Shown: positions 1-7,826 of the stretch, piece after piece
How positions within the stretch are numbered: the stretch's first letter is position 1
How the letters are laid out: each line of letters starts with the position of its first letter
From: a virus
Lineage: Duplodnaviria > Heunggongvirae > Uroviricota > Caudoviricetes
Virus record (IMG/VR): IMGVR_UViG_648276671_000007
Location: 1 to 21,537 of that record
Length of the DNA: 21,537 bases
Reading direction: 5' to 3' (one strand)
Position numbers and translations under genes: made by a program
Notes under the pieces: generated by a model
Told to the model about the DNA's origin: nothing
Database searches by the model: none
The model's input: the letters and a program-made list of their open reading frames with translations, nothing else

Positions 1-160
1 CCCTGCGGGCCTTGCTCGCCCTGAGGACCGGTGTCACCTTTGGGACCTGTTTCACCCTGCGGGCCACGCTCACCCTGTGGACCCGTGTCGCCTTTGGGAC
101 CTGTTTCACCCTGCGGGCCTTGCTCGCCCTGAGGCCCCGTGTCGCCTTTGGGACCCGGTG
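1..160 (-). repeat. Tandem DNA repeat of about 54 bp encoding the collagen-like Gly-X-Y triplets of the fibre protein
   Basis: Near-identical 54-nt units are visible directly (for example ...ctttgggacctgtttcaccctgcgggcc... recurring); minus-strand translation is [14 protein letters not shown](Q/R)GPQ repeated. Confidence 0.8.
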
Positions 161-767
161 TTTTTGCTATCTCTTTCGCTTCTTCCAGCGCTATCTTCGC
201 ACCAGATTCATGCAACTCTGCATCTTTTGCAGCCTGTTCAGCACGCTCTGCATCCTGTGAAACCGAGAATACAATTTGTTCCACGTACTTTTTATCTTCG
301 GCAACCGCATCAGCGTTCTGCTGTATCTTACCCGCCAGTACCAGGCAGTCGTCCTTTATCTGCTGTGCATCAGCAACGTGTTGCCTGGCCTGTTGCTCGC
401 TTCCCGCTGCCGCTTCAGCGCTCTGCTGCGCCTGCGCCACCATTTCCTCAAATCGCTTAACAACATCCGGTTTCAGATCGCCTTCATCGAGGGCAGTCAG
501 AAAGTCATTCAGCGTTCCGGGTTGTGAGTCTTCGTAAACCGAAATATCTCCGACACAATATTCCCTTTGAATACACGACCGAAGATAAACGTCATATCTT
601 CCGTTCTGCGCCTCAAAAGCATATTCTCCTGTCGCCCCTGTCACTACTGTAGCCACCGTACTCATGACAACTGCAGATGTATTCTGTCGGGCTTTCAGAA
701 TAATATGGTATCCGGACATGGGGAGTCCCGCGCCATCAATCAGCGCACCTGATATTAATACCGACAC
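1..767 (-). CDS. Side tail fibre protein, lambda Stf-like N-terminus followed by collagen-like Gly-X-Y repeats; partial, 3' end lies beyond the left edge of the window
   Basis: Manual minus-strand translation gives an open frame from a GTG at 765-767 (AGGU 7 nt upstream) to position 3, with an internal ATG at 717-719. N-terminus ...[29 protein letters not shown]...[14 protein letters not shown]... matches the remembered lambda Stf N-terminus (MAVKISGVLKDG...IQLKARRNS...[14 protein letters not shown]). Downstream are [19 protein letters not shown] repeats. Absent from the ORF track because no stop codon lies inside the window. Confidence 0.75.
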   Translation of the reverse strand, partial: MSVLISGALIDGAGLPMSGYHIILKARQNTSAVVMSTVATVVTGATGEYAFEAQNGRYDVYLRSCIQREYCVGDISVYEDSQPGTLNDFLTALDEGDLKPDVVKRFEEMVAQAQQSAEAAAGSEQQARQHVADAQQIKDDCLVLAGKIQQNADAVAEDKKYVEQIVFSVSQDAERAEQAAKDAELHESGAKIALEEAKEIAKTPGPKGDTGPQGEQGPQGETGPKGDTGPQGERGPQGETGPKGDTGPQGEQGPQ

Positions 768-791
768 TTTTATTACCTGATCCAGAAAACA

Positions 792-1880
792 TTAACCAAA
801 ATAATTGACGCCTTTTTTCTTGCCACTGGCTTTCCCCTTTGCAGAAATATCCGTGGCCAGCGACAAATTCAGCGTAAACCCCTGCCCCGGTGCCAGTGAA
901 AACGCCACCGACTCAGCCTGCCAGTAATGATCCTCACGCACACCAAATCCCTGCGTGATAAAACGCATTTCCGCCCCTGCTTTCAGCAGGGCCGGTCTGC
1001 AGGGCAGCGTTATCGTCATCTGGCGTCCGGCTTTCTGCACACGTTTAACCTTCGACTCTGCACAGTGTTTTGCCGTGCCCTGGTCAGGCTGGGTAAACGG
1101 ATGTCGTTTGTCTGTGGATTCAACATCCACTTTAACTTCACGCGTGCGTCCGTCACGGGCATCAAAATACCGGACACCCACTTTCCCGCTCTTTTTGTCC
1201 CCTTTTGCACCACCCGCAGCGCCCTGCCGCTCACCTTCACGATAATCCCAGTCTGATACCATTCCCGGCGTAATGGTTATCTCAGGTGCATTTCTGCCCC
1301 CTGCGCTCTGCGATGCCCCATATTCCAGAAACAACCAGTATCCACTGGTCGGTTTACTGGTGGCACCGTACATGCCCGCAATGCGGGACAGGAGGGCCGC
1401 ATCAGATTCTGACGACTGCATCACCCACGGAATATGAATATCTGCCAGCGCCGGTGAAACCCGCGCCACCAGATTATTTTCAGTGGCGATGGTTTTCACC
1501 AGATCGCCCAGCGTGATATCGCTGAAGTCCCGGGTTTTCAGAGCCGTAACATCTGCACCATGCCTGGACGCATTCATGGGGGCGGCTGTGGCATAAATGG
1601 TGATCCGGCGGGGAGGACCACCGCTTGCCACCTGGCAGACAGTAAAGCTGCCTTTATTGACCAGATTTCCGTTGAATCCCAGCCCCAGCGTTAACACCGA
1701 GCCTTTCGGTGGCAATGCCAGCGTCTCGCTGAACAGCGTTATCATCAGTTCATCGGATCGTTTTGTGGCGGCACCATTATCGGTATAACGCAGTTCAGCC
1801 AGCCCCCGCTTTATGGCCTTCGTGATATCCTCACCTTCCGCTGTCAGGCTGAAATCCGGCTGATATTCATTCAGTCCCAT
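792..1880 (-). CDS. D: P2 gpD-like tail protein
   Basis: 362-aa ORF; position at the end of the tail cluster after U and X, and similarity in pattern to remembered P2 gpD. Overlaps the upstream X gene by 10 nt. Confidence 0.8.
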   Translation of the reverse strand: MGLNEYQPDFSLTAEGEDITKAIKRGLAELRYTDNGAATKRSDELMITLFSETLALPPKGSVLTLGLGFNGNLVNKGSFTVCQVASGGPPRRITIYATAAPMNASRHGADVTALKTRDFSDITLGDLVKTIATENNLVARVSPALADIHIPWVMQSSESDAALLSRIAGMYGATSKPTSGYWLFLEYGASQSAGGRNAPEITITPGMVSDWDYREGERQGAAGGAKGDKKSGKVGVRYFDARDGRTREVKVDVESTDKRHPFTQPDQGTAKHCAESKVKRVQKAGRQMTITLPCRPALLKAGAEMRFITQGFGVREDHYWQAESVAFSLAPGQGFTLNLSLATDISAKGKASGKKKGVNYFG

Positions 1881-2089
1881 AACTGAAACGTCTCCTTTTC
1901 CTCCGGTTCATATGTCCAGTCCGGCAACACGATTTCCACGCCTGCCGGATAGACCGGGCCACGGTCAGCCAGCCCGGGATTGGCTTCCAGTACCGCCGCC
2001 AGTGACTGGTTAAGTCCGGCGCTGCCATAGTGTCTCTGACAGATGTCATCCAGCATATCGCCGTCAGTGGTCCGCCAGTTTTTCGCCAT
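1871..2089 (-). CDS. X: P2 gpX-like tail protein X (LysM-like)
   Basis: 72 aa; MAKNWRTTDGDMLDDICQRHYG...LEANPGLA...LPD resembles P2 gpX (MKTFALQGDTLDAICVRYYG...LAANPGLA). The U-X-D order matches R-type pyocin and P2-like tail clusters. Confidence 0.8.
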   Translation of the reverse strand: MAKNWRTTDGDMLDDICQRHYGSAGLNQSLAAVLEANPGLADRGPVYPAGVEIVLPDWTYEPEEKETFQLWD

Positions 2090-2558
2090 AGTATTTCAGC
2101 TCCAGTGTGAACGTTTTATTCTTCGGCGCACCGCCGGGAAGAAAGGACGTGGTGTTATCTGAATAGGCGGTCGCCACGAAATACCCCATCACATCACCAG
2201 TGCTCGAGACCAGAAGGTGCGGGGCCGGATTGTCATCCACCATCTGAACCAGTGAATTAAGGGCATCCATTCCCACACCGTCACGAAATCCTGCATGTAC
2301 CATACCGTCAAGGCTTATCGTTCTGGCGCTCTTGCCGGTATACTGCAGCAGGTCGTTCTTTCCGATAAGCTGCTGTTCGTCCCATCGCCATTCCATGGTG
2401 CGCTTCATGGCGTTATAGGCTGCCGTATCAATACTGAATTCAAACTCACCAAACGACAGCATGACGCGGGAAGCCACCTCCGTTAATGAGCCCACTGCGT
2501 CCCATGCTTCGCGCTCAAGCCGGTTTACGCCCCAGCCCAGTAAATCCACCATCTTCAC
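2064..2558 (-). CDS. U: P2 gpU-like tail protein
   Basis: 164 aa; sits between tape measure and X; C-terminal motif TFTLELKYYGE resembles the gpU family; ATGA overlap with the tape-measure stop. Confidence 0.7.
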   Translation of the reverse strand: MKMVDLLGWGVNRLEREAWDAVGSLTEVASRVMLSFGEFEFSIDTAAYNAMKRTMEWRWDEQQLIGKNDLLQYTGKSARTISLDGMVHAGFRDGVGMDALNSLVQMVDDNPAPHLLVSSTGDVMGYFVATAYSDNTTSFLPGGAPKNKTFTLELKYYGEKLADH

Positions 2559-4207
2559 CCCCAGGATTCATAACCATCAGTCATACGGGAACGCTGGCCA
2601 AAATTAATATCCCCCAGATTTTTCGTTACCCTGTCTGCCAGTTGTCCGGCATCCTCGCCGGGCTTCTGAGTGATGTTAAATTCCGCCCGTATCTGATATG
2701 TGGGTTTTACTTCCACCTGGCTGATACTGCCTGGTGTATACTGAAGAGCTGAGAGGGGATCCGAATTACCCTGCCCCGGATCTGCTGCATGAAGTCCATC
2801 AATGTAGGTGCGGGATTTCTCTTTTATCGCCTTAAAATCAGGTTCTTCTTTCGGCCCCAGCATAGGGTCGAGAAATGCATCAAACTTTTTATCGTCATGA
2901 TTCCAGGGGAGATAACTGCGCGTGTCTTTATAAGCCTGTACAACCTGTTTCGTCAGGTCCGGATTTTGCCTGAGCAGTTCATCAAACCATTCTCCCTGGC
3001 CGTTTTTCTGCGCCACCGCTCTCGCCAGCTCCGGTGACCCCATTTTTGCCAGATATTCCAGTACCTCTCGCCGGTCCTCTCGCGGACCATCTGCCAGCCC
3101 CCACTCAATGGCTTTCTGCGTTATTCCGGCAAGAACTTTTCCGAATTTCCACATCCATGCGATCATGTCGATCAGCGCCGGCAGGGCATCATCGCGGATA
3201 AATGCCCGGATTTTTTCCAGTCCACCATCCTTAAACCAGGCCGCAAGGTCATCCGTCACCTGTTGAATATGGGGTCCGAGCTCCTTCCCCAGTTGCCCGC
3301 TGATTTCATCAATGGAAGAGCTCAGAACATTACGGAGATTTGACAGCGCCATATGTCCCTGAACCGCGCCATCAGCCCCGGCCTTTGTCACCAGGTTATA
3401 GCGTTTTTGTTCGCTGATAAGCTCCCGGTAAGTTTTTCCTGACAGACGCATCCAGGTCAGAATTTTATTGGCTTCTCCACCAAACAGTGCATCTGCCATC
3501 CCCGCCGCCTGCTGCTCATCCTTTACCTGCAGTAAGCGATCAAACAAAAATTCGACCTGCTCCTGGTTGTTTTTTCCGGCCATTACACCCGCTTTCAGCC
3601 CCAGTTTGCCGAAAACATCCTGAATAGCCCCTTTATCTGATGCGCCATTGTCATCATCAAAAACCTTGTTCCGGTACTCCTCAAACAAATCACCAAAGTT
3701 TTCGCCGTTCAGCCCCATCTGTCGGCCCAGTGAATCCCACGCCACGTAGGTTTCATAGTCCACCCCGTAGCTCCGCGCTATCCCTGCCCGCTCTGCCGTT
3801 TCCGAATTCCGGTTCAGTACCGCGCTGGCACCTGCTGCCAGCATCATCCCGGAACCAACCGAAAGCCCGAGCCCGGTTTTAAGAACAGTCCCGGTCCGTC
3901 CTTTCCAGCGAGCCAGGCGCTCTGCCCGTTCAAGCTGGCGATTAAACCGCTCCTGCTCAGTTGCAGCATCATTGATTTTCCGCTTCAGCTTTTCATACCG
4001 CTTTCGCAGATCGGTAATATCCTGCCCGGCCAGCACGCCAGCCTGAATTTTTCGTTTCAGTACGTCCTGCTGACGCGTCAGGCGTGCCACTTCCCGTGTC
4101 GCACCAGCCAGACCTCGCTTCAGTCCCTCTGTCGATTTTTTCCACGACGGGTCAATGGTGCCACCGATCCGGATATTCGCTCTGAGCTTATCGCCGACCG
4201 TTGCCAT
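2555..4207 (-). CDS. T: Tail tape measure protein (550 aa)
   Basis: Long ORF directly downstream of the E/E' chaperone pair; Ala/Gly/Leu-rich central region typical of tape measure proteins; start overlaps the end of the predicted E' extension. Confidence 0.8.
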   Translation of the reverse strand: MATVGDKLRANIRIGGTIDPSWKKSTEGLKRGLAGATREVARLTRQQDVLKRKIQAGVLAGQDITDLRKRYEKLKRKINDAATEQERFNRQLERAERLARWKGRTGTVLKTGLGLSVGSGMMLAAGASAVLNRNSETAERAGIARSYGVDYETYVAWDSLGRQMGLNGENFGDLFEEYRNKVFDDDNGASDKGAIQDVFGKLGLKAGVMAGKNNQEQVEFLFDRLLQVKDEQQAAGMADALFGGEANKILTWMRLSGKTYRELISEQKRYNLVTKAGADGAVQGHMALSNLRNVLSSSIDEISGQLGKELGPHIQQVTDDLAAWFKDGGLEKIRAFIRDDALPALIDMIAWMWKFGKVLAGITQKAIEWGLADGPREDRREVLEYLAKMGSPELARAVAQKNGQGEWFDELLRQNPDLTKQVVQAYKDTRSYLPWNHDDKKFDAFLDPMLGPKEEPDFKAIKEKSRTYIDGLHAADPGQGNSDPLSALQYTPGSISQVEVKPTYQIRAEFNITQKPGEDAGQLADRVTKNLGDINFGQRSRMTDGYESWG

Positions 4208-4627
4208 AACACTGCTTCCTCTCTTCCGCCTCTGCCAGCATCATTGTCACAAAATCCTCATACGGCAGTGTCATCACATCTCCGGGTGACCACCCGAACC
4301 ATACTCCGGCACGCCGTATCGCCATCAGGATGTTTTCTTCTTCCGCCGGACCGGCGGCAGCAAAAAAACATTAAACTGCCGCTCCAGGGCCAGGTAATCA
4401 CACGCTTCCATGTTCATCATATCCGCCGCGTCCATCCCGCACAGACCGGCAATCATATCCAGATCGGCCTCAGCTTCCGGTTTGGTACTCCGCCGATGCA
4501 ACAGACGATCGCGGACGGTAGGCGCTCGCATGGTAACGTGCGTGATCGTCTGTCCTGATGCGGCGACATACGGCACGGATAACACAATTTCCACGCTGCT
4601 GGCAGGAACGCTGTTTTTTTCCGACAT
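4188..4627 (-). CDS. Predicted E+E' fusion product made by a -1 programmed frameshift at the slippery site 4361-4367
   Basis: mRNA reads AAU GUU UUU UUG CUG; heptamer U_UUU_UUG at 4367..4361. The -1 frame is open from the heptamer for about 56 codons (AAAGPAEEENILMAIRRAGVWFGW...NGRR) to a UAA at 4188-4190, overlapping the tape-measure start. Same topology as the P2 E/E' and lambda G/GT frameshifts. Confidence 0.6.
4325..4627 (-). CDS. E: P2 gpE-like tail assembly chaperone (zero-frame product)
   Basis: About 100 aa between tube and tape measure; ends ...NVFLLPPVRRKKKTS; contains the U_UUU_UUG slippery heptamer near its 3' end. Start preferred at ATG 4625-4627 (GGAG 6 nt upstream) rather than ATG 4631-4633. 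Confidence 0.7.
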   Translation of the reverse strand: MSEKNSVPASSVEIVLSVPYVAASGQTITHVTMRAPTVRDRLLHRRSTKPEAEADLDMIAGLCGMDAADMMNMEACDYLALERQFNVFLLPPVRRKKKTS

Positions 4628-4637
4628 AAGCATCTCC

Positions 4638-4667
4638 TTTAAAAAAGAAAAGGCGGCCAGAGCCGCC
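4638..4667 (-). terminator. Intrinsic terminator-like hairpin plus U-tract between the tube gene and the E chaperone gene
   Basis: Minus-strand sequence AGGCGGC-TCTG-GCCGCCT followed by TTTCTTTTTTAAA; lies between the tube stop (4688) and the E start. Confidence 0.55.
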
Positions 4668-4687
4668 TGAATGACAGGATCCCCGGA

Positions 4688-5206
4688 TTAAACCCGGATG
4701 ATTTTTTTCAGATCCGCCAGAACATTAACGCCGTTAATACGACGTACAAATTCCTCCGGAATAATGCAGATGGTTTCCACACCGTCGACAGTCTGACGGT
4801 AATAACTCAGCGACATTTCCACCGTCACCGAAGCCTCAGCCTGTGACGTTGCCGGGCGCGCATCCGGCGTGATACTGGTGATCATCCCCTGCAGGATTTC
4901 CACCTGTCCGCTGGTCGCATTCCCCACCTGATAACCCTGGCGGACAACAATCTCCGGCGAATAAAGTCCGGCCTGTAATCCCAGCAGCGTCAGCATGGCA
5001 ACATCGTAGCCATAAATTTTAAACGAGCAGGTCAGCGCTTCCATACCGTCATCCACTGCCACTGGTGCATCCATTGCGCCGGTTTTGATATCCACTGTCG
5101 TGATATTAATGGCAGGCGGCGTGTATTCATGCGCCCCCTGAAGACGGATCCCGCCAGGAAGAAATAACGCCCATGCGCGCAACAGTTTTTTTTCACCCGT
5201 AATCAT
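4688..5206 (-). CDS. FII: Contractile-tail tube protein (P2 gpFII-like)
   Basis: 172 aa immediately downstream of the sheath gene with ATGA overlap; size and position as for P2 FII. Confidence 0.8.
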   Translation of the reverse strand: MITGEKKLLRAWALFLPGGIRLQGAHEYTPPAINITTVDIKTGAMDAPVAVDDGMEALTCSFKIYGYDVAMLTLLGLQAGLYSPEIVVRQGYQVGNATSGQVEILQGMITSITPDARPATSQAEASVTVEMSLSYYRQTVDGVETICIIPEEFVRRINGVNVLADLKKIIRV

Positions 5207-6678
5207 ACCGTCAGTTCCTCCAGCGCCAGTTTATTGTTAATCATTGCCCGCAGTGTCAGGCGCTCCAGTGGTGACTTCGGCCCAAAGTCATAATCGATAT
5301 ACAACTGCCCTGCCGCCAGGGTTTCTGCTGTATTCAGTTCATCATTCAGCCAGGCGCTGCCACCGTGGATCGCACCCAGATTTTTAAGCTGACGCATATA
5401 GGCATTAATGCTGCCAAGAATGTCGTCTGCCACATCCCGATCAAGCGGGCGATCGACATAAGGCAACATGGCCTCCTGGATACTGTCCTCAATCACATCT
5501 GCAGTGCGACGTACCGACTCAAAGCGCCACTGACTGTGGGATGAGCACAGACGGTTACCCCAGTGTTTAAAACCGTCATGGCGAATAATGGTGGAGATGT
5601 TTTCCATGTTCAGCAGGTTTGCCGTGCAGTTCTGCTCCCCGAGAATAAACGTATCCACCTGCTCCAGACCGGTGATATTCATCACGTCCTGGTTTGATTT
5701 GGACCACCACCACCCTTTTTCATAATCAATACGGGCACGCAGCCCGGCAGCACGAGCCGAATATGGACGAAATACCGTTTGCCCGCTGTCATCCGTCACT
5801 GACACGCGCGGACGCAGCAGCTCCACACGCCCGCCAAATGACGCGCGCCGCTGAACCACATCCTGCGACGTTGACATTGAGGGCGAGTCAATATAGGCCA
5901 CAGCACGCAACTTCGCGGCATACGTTTCCAGCGCCTTTGCCACGCCATCATCCTCACTGTACCCCGTGGCAATGAGGATGCGCGGTTGATAGCCTGTCAC
6001 GCCCTTACTTTCTGTCAGCGCCTCCATGGCCTGAATCACCGCCGCACGCTGTTCGCCCTCTTTCGCCTTTGTTTTACTTTCTGCGCGCACCACAATCACC
6101 AGCGCACCAGTCTGGTCAAAAATATCACGCAGGGCCGGGTATAATGTTCCGGCGGTGCCCAGTTTCCCTGCCTGAGTAATGGCCCCTGCCACCACCACCG
6201 GTGTATTGACCGGGAACGCCTCATCTTCTCCGCCGGATAACGTCAGGCTGAACGGCGACACCACTTTATTTTCAGCGCCTCCTGCATTCAGAGTGCTGAC
6301 CGCCGCCGTCACAGGCGAATCCCCCAGCGCATTCACCACTTCAGTCACACGGTCAGCCGTGGCGTTAATCTGGCTGTGTTCGTCCGTCCCCAGCGTTATC
6401 GTCAGGGTTGTGCCTTTCAGCGATGCCGCTGTCTGCGCGTTTTGTTCTGTGGCAGCCACGGCAACAACCGAAATCTTATTACCGACCCGACCTTCCTGTT
6501 TCGCCGTGAAATCCAGCGCCGTTCCCAGCAGCCAGGAGCCGGCTGTGCCGGAAGCGCACACGCCACCAGAGGCGTATGGCGCTGTCCCCACCAGGCCAAT
6601 CACTGCCGTGGAGATGGTCTGCACGGCAACCGTGCCTGTCGTCAGTTCAATGGTTTCAACACCATGTAGTCCGGACAT
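5203..6678 (-). CDS. FI: Contractile-tail sheath protein (P2 gpFI-like)
   Basis: Start chosen at ATG 6676-6678 (MSGLHGVETIELTTGTVAVQTISTAVIGLVGTA), with GGGAGA SD upstream; matches the P2 FI N-terminus ([34 protein letters not shown]) and C-terminus (LYIDYDFGPKSPLERLTLR versus LYIDYDYTPVPPLENLTLR). The 541-aa ORF in the track carries an unsupported 50-aa N-terminal extension. Confidence 0.9.
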   Translation of the reverse strand: MSGLHGVETIELTTGTVAVQTISTAVIGLVGTAPYASGGVCASGTAGSWLLGTALDFTAKQEGRVGNKISVVAVAATEQNAQTAASLKGTTLTITLGTDEHSQINATADRVTEVVNALGDSPVTAAVSTLNAGGAENKVVSPFSLTLSGGEDEAFPVNTPVVVAGAITQAGKLGTAGTLYPALRDIFDQTGALVIVVRAESKTKAKEGEQRAAVIQAMEALTESKGVTGYQPRILIATGYSEDDGVAKALETYAAKLRAVAYIDSPSMSTSQDVVQRRASFGGRVELLRPRVSVTDDSGQTVFRPYSARAAGLRARIDYEKGWWWSKSNQDVMNITGLEQVDTFILGEQNCTANLLNMENISTIIRHDGFKHWGNRLCSSHSQWRFESVRRTADVIEDSIQEAMLPYVDRPLDRDVADDILGSINAYMRQLKNLGAIHGGSAWLNDELNTAETLAAGQLYIDYDFGPKSPLERLTLRAMINNKLALEELTV

Positions 6679-6691
6679 ACATTTCTCCCAT

Positions 6692-6714
6692 AAAAAAACC
6701 GCCCTTAAGGCGGT
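6692..6714 (-). terminator. Intrinsic terminator-like hairpin plus U-tract between tfa and the sheath gene
   Basis: Minus strand ACCGCC-TTAAG-GGCGGT followed by TTTTTTT, in the 55-bp gap between the tfa stop (6734) and the sheath start (6678). Confidence 0.55.
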
Positions 6715-6733
6715 CTGTTGATTAACTTCTTTT

Positions 6734-7264
6734 TCAGGTGTTCTGTGGAGGTGCTGGCCACTCAATGGCGTTATAAGACGATTCATCAGTAACCTGACTG
6801 AAATCAAGCGATTTAAGTGCCCTGGCATAAAGCAGCCATGCCTTCAATTGTTCTTTGTCATCATCACTGATAATTTCAAGAATCAATTCAGCCTTCCAGT
6901 CAGAAGTGATATCTGCAGCACGGGAATACAACCAACGTCGATGCTCTTCTGCTTTCTGCTGATAATTGACAGACTTAGGCACAATCTTTCCATCAATATA
7001 CAACCAGTTTCCATCAATTGACATCTCTGCAGGAACTGCACTGACTGCAACTTCAGCCACACTCGCGTTAACAGGAAACAAGGAGGAAACATCCTGACTA
7101 AAACTGATAATTACATTACTGTTGTCATAAACGACTTTAACCGTATCAGGAGAAAATAATTTCTGACATTCATACCAGTCCTGTCCGTCTTCAGACATAA
7201 GGTAAGATGCATTTACGAGCATGTTTTCTGGTGTGTAAGGTTTAAAACTCTTAATATTCAGCAT
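6734..7264 (-). CDS. Tail fibre assembly protein (Tfa / P2 gpG-like), copy 2
   Basis: 176 aa; ...YTPENM...SEDGQDWYE...PDTVKVVYDNSNVI...IEWPAPP resembles P2 gpG ([30 protein letters not shown]...EWPEMP). Confidence 0.8.
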   Translation of the reverse strand: MLNIKSFKPYTPENMLVNASYLMSEDGQDWYECQKLFSPDTVKVVYDNSNVIISFSQDVSSLFPVNASVAEVAVSAVPAEMSIDGNWLYIDGKIVPKSVNYQQKAEEHRRWLYSRAADITSDWKAELILEIISDDDKEQLKAWLLYARALKSLDFSQVTDESSYNAIEWPAPPQNT

Positions 7265-7281
7265 ATTTTACCTTTTGATAT

Positions 7282-7812
7282 TTAATGTGAATTCTCAGGA
7301 TCACAAGGCCATTTAATACTATCAAATGACGATTTATCATGAATGTGATTAAAATCAATATTCTTTAAATTTCTGATGTACATCCGCCATAATTTCAGCA
7401 TTTCTTTTTCCCCATTATTAATTATTCCCAGAAGTAAATCTGTTTTCTTGTCGGATATTTCCCGTTCAGCAATCGCCGTAAGACGTGCTCGTTCCGACTC
7501 AGCCAGCAGTCTGTAATCAACAGGAACCGGCAGTACTTCACCGTCTTTATAATACCAGCGCGCCTCTATACAAAAGCCATCCGGTAGTTCATCCACTTCC
7601 ACAATGGTGAAACCTGCCGGATAAAGCCGGGATACGTCTTCCGCCATTGAATAAATAACACCGGTTTCAGGATGCGTGCACAGCTTGTATTTCTTCGCGA
7701 ATTTATCCAGTGATTCATAAAAATCCTGCCCGTCTTCACTACGGAAATACTGAACACCTTCACCATAAGGCATGTTTTCCGGGTAATAACGCGTGACATT
7801 TCTGAGTTCCAT
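7282..7812 (-). CDS. Tail fibre assembly protein (Tfa-like), copy 1
   Basis: Paralogous to the neighbouring tfa (YYPENMPYG...SEDGQDFYE...IKWPCDP). Start preferred at the internal Met (MELRNVTRYYPENM) at 7812 rather than the ORF-track start at 7848. Confidence 0.75.
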   Translation of the reverse strand: MELRNVTRYYPENMPYGEGVQYFRSEDGQDFYESLDKFAKKYKLCTHPETGVIYSMAEDVSRLYPAGFTIVEVDELPDGFCIEARWYYKDGEVLPVPVDYRLLAESERARLTAIAEREISDKKTDLLLGIINNGEKEMLKLWRMYIRNLKNIDFNHIHDKSSFDSIKWPCDPENSH

Positions 7813-7826
7813 TATTTTTGCCTTAA

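Noticed and set aside
1-160. Possible CRISPR-like or noncoding tandem repeat at the left edge
   Set aside because: The repeats are in-frame coding repeats (Gly-X-Y collagen triplets of a fibre protein) with no spacer/repeat alternation; likewise the 138-bp repeats at 15217-15589 are in-frame protein repeats.
765-1880. gpD and the Stf-like gene share a reading frame separated only by a single UAA (792-794), suggesting stop-codon readthrough
   Set aside because: The Stf-like N-terminus aligns to the lambda Stf start from the GTG at 767 with an SD upstream, so an independent start is sufficient; the frame coincidence is most simply chance.
6179-6721. Plus-strand 180-aa ORF inside the sheath gene
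   Set aside because: It lies entirely antisense to a well-supported sheath coding sequence, has a low-complexity Ala/Ser/Thr/Val composition typical of shadow frames, and has no SD; treated as a non-coding shadow ORF.
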